Shown here: positions 59,054 through 64,000 of the stretch, in pieces
How positions within the stretch are numbered: position 1 is the first letter of the stretch
Layout of the letters: the number at the start of each line of letters is the position of its first letter
Assembly: GCA_001029715.1 (NCBI GenBank)
Contig: CP011212.1
Location: 705,066 to 769,065 of the forward strand
Direction: 5' to 3'
Length of the DNA stretch: 64,000 nucleotides
Origin: a candidate division TM6 bacterium GW2011_GWF2_28_16
GTDB taxonomy: Bacteria; Patescibacteriota; Microgenomatia; UBA1400; PJMF01
Position numbers and translations under genes: made by a program
Notes under the pieces: generated by a model
Seen by the model: the letters and a program-made list of their open reading frames with translations, nothing else
The model's database searches: none
Told to the model about the DNA's origin: nothing

Positions 59054-59398
59054 CTATTTAGAACTCAAAACAAGTAAAGCTTCTTGCATTTTCCGTGACA
59101 ATTCAGCACGTTCAGGATATTTTTTGGCGTTTAAAAACATGAAGTGTTGGGAAAGAAGAGTGGCCATTTCTTTGCGATCCTCGATATTAATACTTCCTAT
59201 ATTGCTGGTAATGTAGTCAAGAATCTTATTCATCACTGGTCCATTTTTATATATACCGCTGTGATGTAATAGATTTTTGGCTTCGTCTGGACTTGTAGTT
59301 CCAGTACTGACTTTTTTCAAGTGGGCATCGAGAATTGTTTTTTGAACTTCTCCGTTATCCATATATTTTTCTTTTGTCTCTAAGAGACTACTTACCAA
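59054..59398 (-). CDS. Hypothetical protein
   Basis: 114-aa ORF overlapping the ychF stop by 11 nt. Confidence 0.4.
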   Translation of the reverse strand: MVSSLLETKEKYMDNGEVQKTILDAHLKKVSTGTTSPDEAKNLLHHSGIYKNGPVMNKILDYITSNIGSINIEDRKEMATLLSQHFMFLNAKKYPERAELSRKMQEALLVLSSK

Positions 59399-60485
59399 TC
59401 ATGAACTCAACTACGTCGCCATCTTGCATGACGTAATCGCGACCTTCTTGTCTAATCTTGCCAATTTCTTTGCAAGCTGACCAACCACCTAATTCCACAA
59501 ATTCTTTGAAATTAATTATTTTGGCACTGATAAATTTCTTACTAAAATCAGTATGAATAACGCCTGCCGCTTCTTGAGCGGTAGAACCTTTTCTAATCGT
59601 CCAAGCTTTACTCTCAATTTCACCAGTGGTTAAAAAGCTTTGCAAACCCAAGGTCTGATAAGCCACTGCCGCTAAACGAGACAAACCACTTTCTTTAATC
59701 CCCAACTCTTGCATATAGAGCTCTTGGTCTTCTGCGGCTAAAACTGCTAACTCGCTTTCGATTTTGGCAGAAATAATGACAATTTGTTCTTTTTTGACTT
59801 GCAACTTTTTGGCGAAAAGTTCGGTTAGTTCCTGAGTTTTAACAAGTTCTTTTTCATCGACGTTAATCGCAAAAATTTCCGGTTTGGCGGTTAAAAGACA
59901 TAATTCTTTGGCCACTAATTTTTCGACTTCGCTTTGACAGACGAGGCTTTGACCTTGTTCAATTTTGGCTAGAAAATCTTGAATGGTCTCCCATTTATCC
60001 TTCTCGTCTTTACTAACTGCACCTTTTGGTTGGTGCTGTTTTTGCAAGGTTTCCAGATCAGCTAATTGTAATTCTGTACGAATAATAGTTAGATCTTGTT
60101 CTGGATCAACTGAGCCCTCGCGCAAAACATTTGGGTCACTGAAATGGCGTAAAACATGACAAATGGCGTCTGTCTCGCGAATATTTGCCAAAAATTTATT
60201 ACCAAGACCTTCACCCTTACTTGCCCCTGCTACCAAACCAGCAATATCTACAAACTCCACCAAAGCATATTTAAGTGGAGGCAAATTTGGCAGTTTTTCG
60301 CTAGTCTTTGTAACTTCAGCTAACTTTGGCAAACGGCTATCTGGCACTTCGACCACGCCAACATTTGGCTCAATGGTGGCAAACGGATAATTAGCCGCCA
60401 AAGCGACCTGCTTTTTAAGCAGCGCATTAAAAAGTGTAGATTTGCCAACGTTAGGAAGACCGACGATACCAATTTGTAAATTCAT
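59388..60485 (-). CDS. ychF: Ribosome-binding ATPase YchF (Obg-family GTPase)
   Basis: G1 GIVGLPNVGKSTLFNALL. C-terminal TGS domain (GDVVEFMIGK end). Confidence 0.9.
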   Translation of the reverse strand: MNLQIGIVGLPNVGKSTLFNALLKKQVALAANYPFATIEPNVGVVEVPDSRLPKLAEVTKTSEKLPNLPPLKYALVEFVDIAGLVAGASKGEGLGNKFLANIRETDAICHVLRHFSDPNVLREGSVDPEQDLTIIRTELQLADLETLQKQHQPKGAVSKDEKDKWETIQDFLAKIEQGQSLVCQSEVEKLVAKELCLLTAKPEIFAINVDEKELVKTQELTELFAKKLQVKKEQIVIISAKIESELAVLAAEDQELYMQELGIKESGLSRLAAVAYQTLGLQSFLTTGEIESKAWTIRKGSTAQEAAGVIHTDFSKKFISAKIINFKEFVELGGWSACKEIGKIRQEGRDYVMQDGDVVEFMIGK

Positions 60486-60513
60486 ATCGCTATTATATCG
60501 AGAAAATAAAGAA

Positions 60514-61359
60514 TTACGCCACCAAAATCACCCCCACCATGCAAATTAGAGCAGCTACAACTTTGCGCCACAGATGATCTCGTTCTCTAATAAAAATGGC
60601 CGCTAAAATAACCGTCAAAATAATATTAGTTTTGGAGATCACGCTAACCTGTGAGAGCATGGCGCCTTTAGCTAAAGCCATATAGAAAGTAATCACTCCC
60701 ACTGAATAAATCAGGCCATAAATAACTAAATTCCTGTCAATTATTTTAATTGCTTTTGGCAACTCTTTGACTTTTTTTGGATACATTAAACAAAGCATTA
60801 AGCCTGGAAAAAGTGACATGAGCCCTGCGTAAGAAACGGCGTCATAAGTTTTAATAATTAGCATATCGCTAATAGTTCCAAAAGCAAAAAGACTGGTGGC
60901 AATTAAAGCCAAAATCGCTCCTTTGCTAAAAACAAATTTTTGTTTTCTGTACTGCACCAACATAATAGATAAAATTACTAGCAAAGCCCCAAAATATTGC
61001 TGTATGACCAAGCGCTCCTGCAAAAAAATATAGGCACAAAGTACGGCAACAATAGCCCCCAATCCGCCTAAGATTGTCATCTCCGAAGCCTCGATTAATT
61101 TAATCGATTTAAAAAACATGATCGAACCCAAAGCATAAAGAGTGGTACTAAACAAAAAATATGGCCACAGTTCAGCCCAATTTGGCCAAGAAAAACCTTG
61201 AGTAACGGCAAATGGAATGGTCACACATCCTAACAAAAACTGAAAAATGATCGTCGACAAAACCGGATCACTCTCCTCTTTTTTCATCGCCAACCTCTGA
61301 AATAAATAAGCTACTGAAATGGCTACAATATTGATAGAAATAAGGAAAAACCAAGACAT
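60514..61359 (-). CDS. EamA/DMT-superfamily transporter
   Basis: About 10 TM segments with duplicated 5-TM architecture. 281 aa. Confidence 0.55.
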   Translation of the reverse strand: MSWFFLISINIVAISVAYLFQRLAMKKEESDPVLSTIIFQFLLGCVTIPFAVTQGFSWPNWAELWPYFLFSTTLYALGSIMFFKSIKLIEASEMTILGGLGAIVAVLCAYIFLQERLVIQQYFGALLVILSIMLVQYRKQKFVFSKGAILALIATSLFAFGTISDMLIIKTYDAVSYAGLMSLFPGLMLCLMYPKKVKELPKAIKIIDRNLVIYGLIYSVGVITFYMALAKGAMLSQVSVISKTNIILTVILAAIFIRERDHLWRKVVAALICMVGVILVA

Positions 61360-61362
61360 GAA

Positions 61363-61929
61363 TTAAATCTTTCCGACTAAATCCACACCTGGTTTAAGAG
61401 TTTTATCTCCTGGTTTCCAACTGGCTGGACAAACTACCGCGCCGTGATTGTCATAGACAAATTTGGCAGCTTGGAATTTACGGAAAATTTCTTCAGTGTT
61501 ACGGCCAATGCTGTTATCGTGCATATCGATGGCGACAATTTTCTGATCTGGATTAATGATAAAAGTAGCGCGAAGTGACATGCCTTCATCTTCGATATAT
61601 GTGCCAAACAATTTGCAATATTTGCCACTTGGATCAGCTAACATTGGATACTTAACTTTAGCGATAGCCTTGGAATTATCATGCCAAGCTTTATGTACAA
61701 AAGCTGTATCAGTGCTAACACTGACAATCTCTGCACCAAGTTTTTTAAATTCAGCATATTTCTCTGCCGCTTCTTCTAATTCAGTTGGACAAACAAAAGT
61801 AAAATCAGCTGGATAGAAAAGCATGATTAGCCACTTACCTTTGTAGTCTGAAAGTTTGATTTTCTTGAGTTGCTCTTGGTCAAAAGCATCCATGGTAATT
61901 TCTGGGAGGGTTTCATTTATTTTTAGCAT
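61363..61929 (-). CDS. Peroxiredoxin (AhpC/TSA, typical 2-Cys type)
   Basis: Peroxidatic Cys motif FTFVCPTEL. C-terminal resolving-Cys context VCPASW. Confidence 0.85.
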   Translation of the reverse strand: MLKINETLPEITMDAFDQEQLKKIKLSDYKGKWLIMLFYPADFTFVCPTELEEAAEKYAEFKKLGAEIVSVSTDTAFVHKAWHDNSKAIAKVKYPMLADPSGKYCKLFGTYIEDEGMSLRATFIINPDQKIVAIDMHDNSIGRNTEEIFRKFQAAKFVYDNHGAVVCPASWKPGDKTLKPGVDLVGKI

Positions 61930-62101
61930 AAGTGACTTAATTTTAGCACTAAAAATCTGATTTTTAGCTAAGAAATTTTCTTGCTAAATTAGTCCTATAA
62001 TATTGACTTTTAGATCTATTTTGATATAATCCTGTTGGAAGTATCATTGCTTTGCGACCATATGCGGTTGCAAAAATCCAAGCGATGATACTGGAGGAAA
62101 G

Positions 62102-62338
62102 ATGACAAAATCAACAATTACTTTAATTGTTGTAGCACTAATATTATTTTCGGTAGCAGGCTTTACTCTTGGCTACAATGTGGCCATGAATAAGGCAGAA
62201 CGTATCACCAGCGCTTGTTTCGCCGGAGACGACGGGGCTTGCAACTGGTGGCAAGCAAAATTCCAAGAGTCTGCTGCAAAGCAGGCTTTGAGAGAAATCG
62301 AAAAGTCTCTCACTCCACAACCAACGGAGGTCCAATAG
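62102..62338 (+). CDS. Hypothetical small membrane-anchored protein
   Basis: 78 aa. N-terminal TM ITLIVVALILFSVAGFTLGY. Followed directly by a strong terminator. Confidence 0.35.
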   Translation: MTKSTITLIVVALILFSVAGFTLGYNVAMNKAERITSACFAGDDGACNWWQAKFQESAAKQALREIEKSLTPQPTEVQ

Positions 62339-62350
62339 GGTCTCCAACCA

Positions 62351-62385
62351 AAAAACCCCGCCTTTAAAAAAGCGGGGTTTTTCCT
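62351..62385 (+). terminator. Rho-independent (bidirectional) terminator
   Basis: AAAAACCCCGC-CTTTAAAAAA-GCGGGGTTTTTCC. Confidence 0.8.
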
Positions 62386-62400
62386 TTTTACTTAGAAAAA

Positions 62401-62613
62401 TTATTCCTCGGAAGGAATAATTAACCAACATAAAAGATAGATCACTAATCCTGGCACTCCACCTGGAATCAAGGCTAAAGCCAAGATTACTCTGACTAAA
62501 GTGACGTCAATCCCAAAATAATTGGAAAAAGCGGCAGCCACACCAGCGATTTTTCTACCTTCGATTGGTCTAATTAATTTTTTGGTACTAGTTTTAGTTT
62601 TTTTACTAGGCAT
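62401..62613 (-). CDS. PspC-domain protein
   Basis: RKIAGVAAAFSNYFGIDVTLVRVILALALIPGGVPGLVIYLLCWLIIPSE matches the PspC-domain consensus. Confidence 0.65.
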   Translation of the reverse strand: MPSKKTKTSTKKLIRPIEGRKIAGVAAAFSNYFGIDVTLVRVILALALIPGGVPGLVIYLLCWLIIPSEE

Positions 62614-62662
62614 ATTGTTTCCTTCTCTTACTAGCTCTTATTGTAGCATGAATCTAAAATGA

Positions 62663-63256
62663 CTAGAGATTTTTTAATTCTTCCCCATCAGTTTGAAAAT
62701 ACCACAAGGCAAAATCGCTGTTACGGAAATTTTTTTCTTTGACAAGTTGTACAAGTTGATTTAAATCAAAAAGCTCAACGCTGATTTTTTCGCCCGCATC
62801 AGGTTTTAGTTCTGCCACTTTTTGGCAATTTTTAGCTACTAAATAAAAATTGGCCCAATCAATTCTGCTATTCATTTGTCCACTGAATAAAAAATACCAG
62901 TCGTCGCTAGAAAAACCAGTTTCCTCAAGTAGCTCACGCTTACACGCTGTCAAAACACCTTCGCCCTCATCAATAATCCCTCCAGGCAAACTCAAAAATT
63001 CTTGAAAACCAGGCTGAGTTTGTTTGGTCATAATCACTTTTTTGTCTGCAGTCAAAGCCAAAACAGTTACTGTATCTGCTCTGGAAACACTTTCAAAAGT
63101 TACTTCACTGCCATCATAAAGTTTCTGCGGCCATTGCCAAATTTTGAAAAAATTTCCCTGAGCCATGATCTTTGCCCCCTCGCCTCTTTTGAGCTTAGCT
63201 AGAGGGCGCACAATTATTTCTTGCTCATTTTCTTGATTCACTTTTTTTAAAATCAT
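62663..63256 (-). CDS. NUDIX hydrolase
   Basis: Nudix box GGIIDEGEGVLTACKRELLEETGF. Confidence 0.8.
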   Translation of the reverse strand: MILKKVNQENEQEIIVRPLAKLKRGEGAKIMAQGNFFKIWQWPQKLYDGSEVTFESVSRADTVTVLALTADKKVIMTKQTQPGFQEFLSLPGGIIDEGEGVLTACKRELLEETGFSSDDWYFLFSGQMNSRIDWANFYLVAKNCQKVAELKPDAGEKISVELFDLNQLVQLVKEKNFRNSDFALWYFQTDGEELKNL

Positions 63257-63307
63257 ACTTTAGATTATAGCGTCGATCTCTCAGAGAAGCCAAGGTATAA
63301 TACAAGC

Positions 63308-64000
63308 GTGCAAGAAATTCAGATCAAAAATAAAAAATACCAATTGCCGATGTTTTTGCCAGATGCCACCCTTGGTGTGGCTCGTAGCTTAGATAGTTTA
63401 GATCTAGCTAATGTTGGTTTAAATGGCGTGATGGTCAATACCTATCACCTGATTCAAAAACCAGGCGAAGAGATTATTAAGAAACTTGGTGGCATCAAAA
63501 AAATGATGAATTGGTCAGGCTTTGTTTCTTCTGATTCTGGTGGTTTTCAACTCTTTTCTTTGATTCAAAAAAATCCTAACTTGGGTAAAATTACTGATGA
63601 AGGCATAGTTATTTATAACGGTCCTAAAAAACAAAGAAAAATTATTTTCACTCCAGAAGATTCAATTCGCATGCAATTCGTCATTGGCAGCGATGTAATG
63701 ATTTGTCTCGATGATTTCACCCCACCAGAGGCTAATGAAAAACGTATTGAAGAAAGTGTTCTTAGAACTATTGCTTGGGCAAAAAGAGCCAAAACTGAAT
63801 TCGAAAAACAACTCAAAAAACATGGTTTTACAGAAACAAATCGGCCTCTTCTGCTCGCGCCAATTCAAGGTCACGACAATGAAAAGTGGCGTGCTTACTG
63901 CGCCAGTGAACTAAAAAAAATCGGTTTTGATATTTATGGTTTGGGTGGTTGGCCTTTCACAAAAGATGATCAATTTGATTACTCATTTTGCCAAAAAAAT
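63308..64000 (+). CDS. tgt: Queuine tRNA-ribosyltransferase (partial; runs off the 3' edge; GTG start inferred)
   Basis: LPMFLPDATLGV, NTYHL, DSGGFQLFSL, DVMICLD motifs. Confidence 0.8.
   Translation, partial: MQEIQIKNKKYQLPMFLPDATLGVARSLDSLDLANVGLNGVMVNTYHLIQKPGEEIIKKLGGIKKMMNWSGFVSSDSGGFQLFSLIQKNPNLGKITDEGIVIYNGPKKQRKIIFTPEDSIRMQFVIGSDVMICLDDFTPPEANEKRIEESVLRTIAWAKRAKTEFEKQLKKHGFTETNRPLLLAPIQGHDNEKWRAYCASELKKIGFDIYGLGGWPFTKDDQFDYSFCQKN

Noticed and set aside
1-64000. CRISPR arrays, rRNA genes, IS transposases, alternative genetic code
   Set aside because: No regularly spaced identical repeats were seen. No transposase or Cas motifs were seen. Long intact ORFs under the standard code, including TGA stops, argue against a UGA-recoding lineage.

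Overview
Low-GC (about 35-40%), gene-dense, largely housekeeping chromosome segment. It looks like a reduced-genome, possibly Patescibacteria/CPR-type bacterium; this is inferred from gene content, ribosomal-protein extensions and the absence of biosynthetic genes, and is not proven. The window carries core information-processing genes: tyrS, recG, rpsP, rnc, nusB, holB-like, gyrB, ppaC, gyrA, xerD-like, yebC, rpsB-tsf, folD, glyA, rluA-family, lgt, dnaB, hisS, rpmE, prfA, ctpA, rpsF-ssb-rpsR, ychF, a peroxiredoxin, and a partial tgt at the 3' edge. A partial class A PBP lies at the 5' edge. There are three tRNAs: Ala-GGC, Leu-CAA and Ala-CGC. The main accessory content is a complete secretin-less type IV pilus system. 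pilM-pilN-pilO sit on the + strand at 6.3-8.7 kb, and a minus-strand operon pilB-pilT-pilC-pilin-pilD-(Cys-rich protein)-4 prepilins runs from 18.9 to 27.4 kb. A separate plus-strand operon (11.3-16.3 kb) encodes large membrane-anchored or secreted Cys-rich proteins translationally coupled to an orphan prepilin, followed by an SH3b-domain surface protein. The findings most worth a second look are: (1) a candidate His-codon leader-peptide transcription attenuator upstream of hisS; (2) a 1.6-kb ORF-free, repeat-rich region with a perfect 16-bp palindrome downstream of xerD; (3) the pilus-linked adhesin-like operon; (4) an ACP-like protein lacking the phosphopantetheine serine but retaining acpP-rnc synteny. 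No CRISPR array, rRNA, transposase or obvious prophage was seen.
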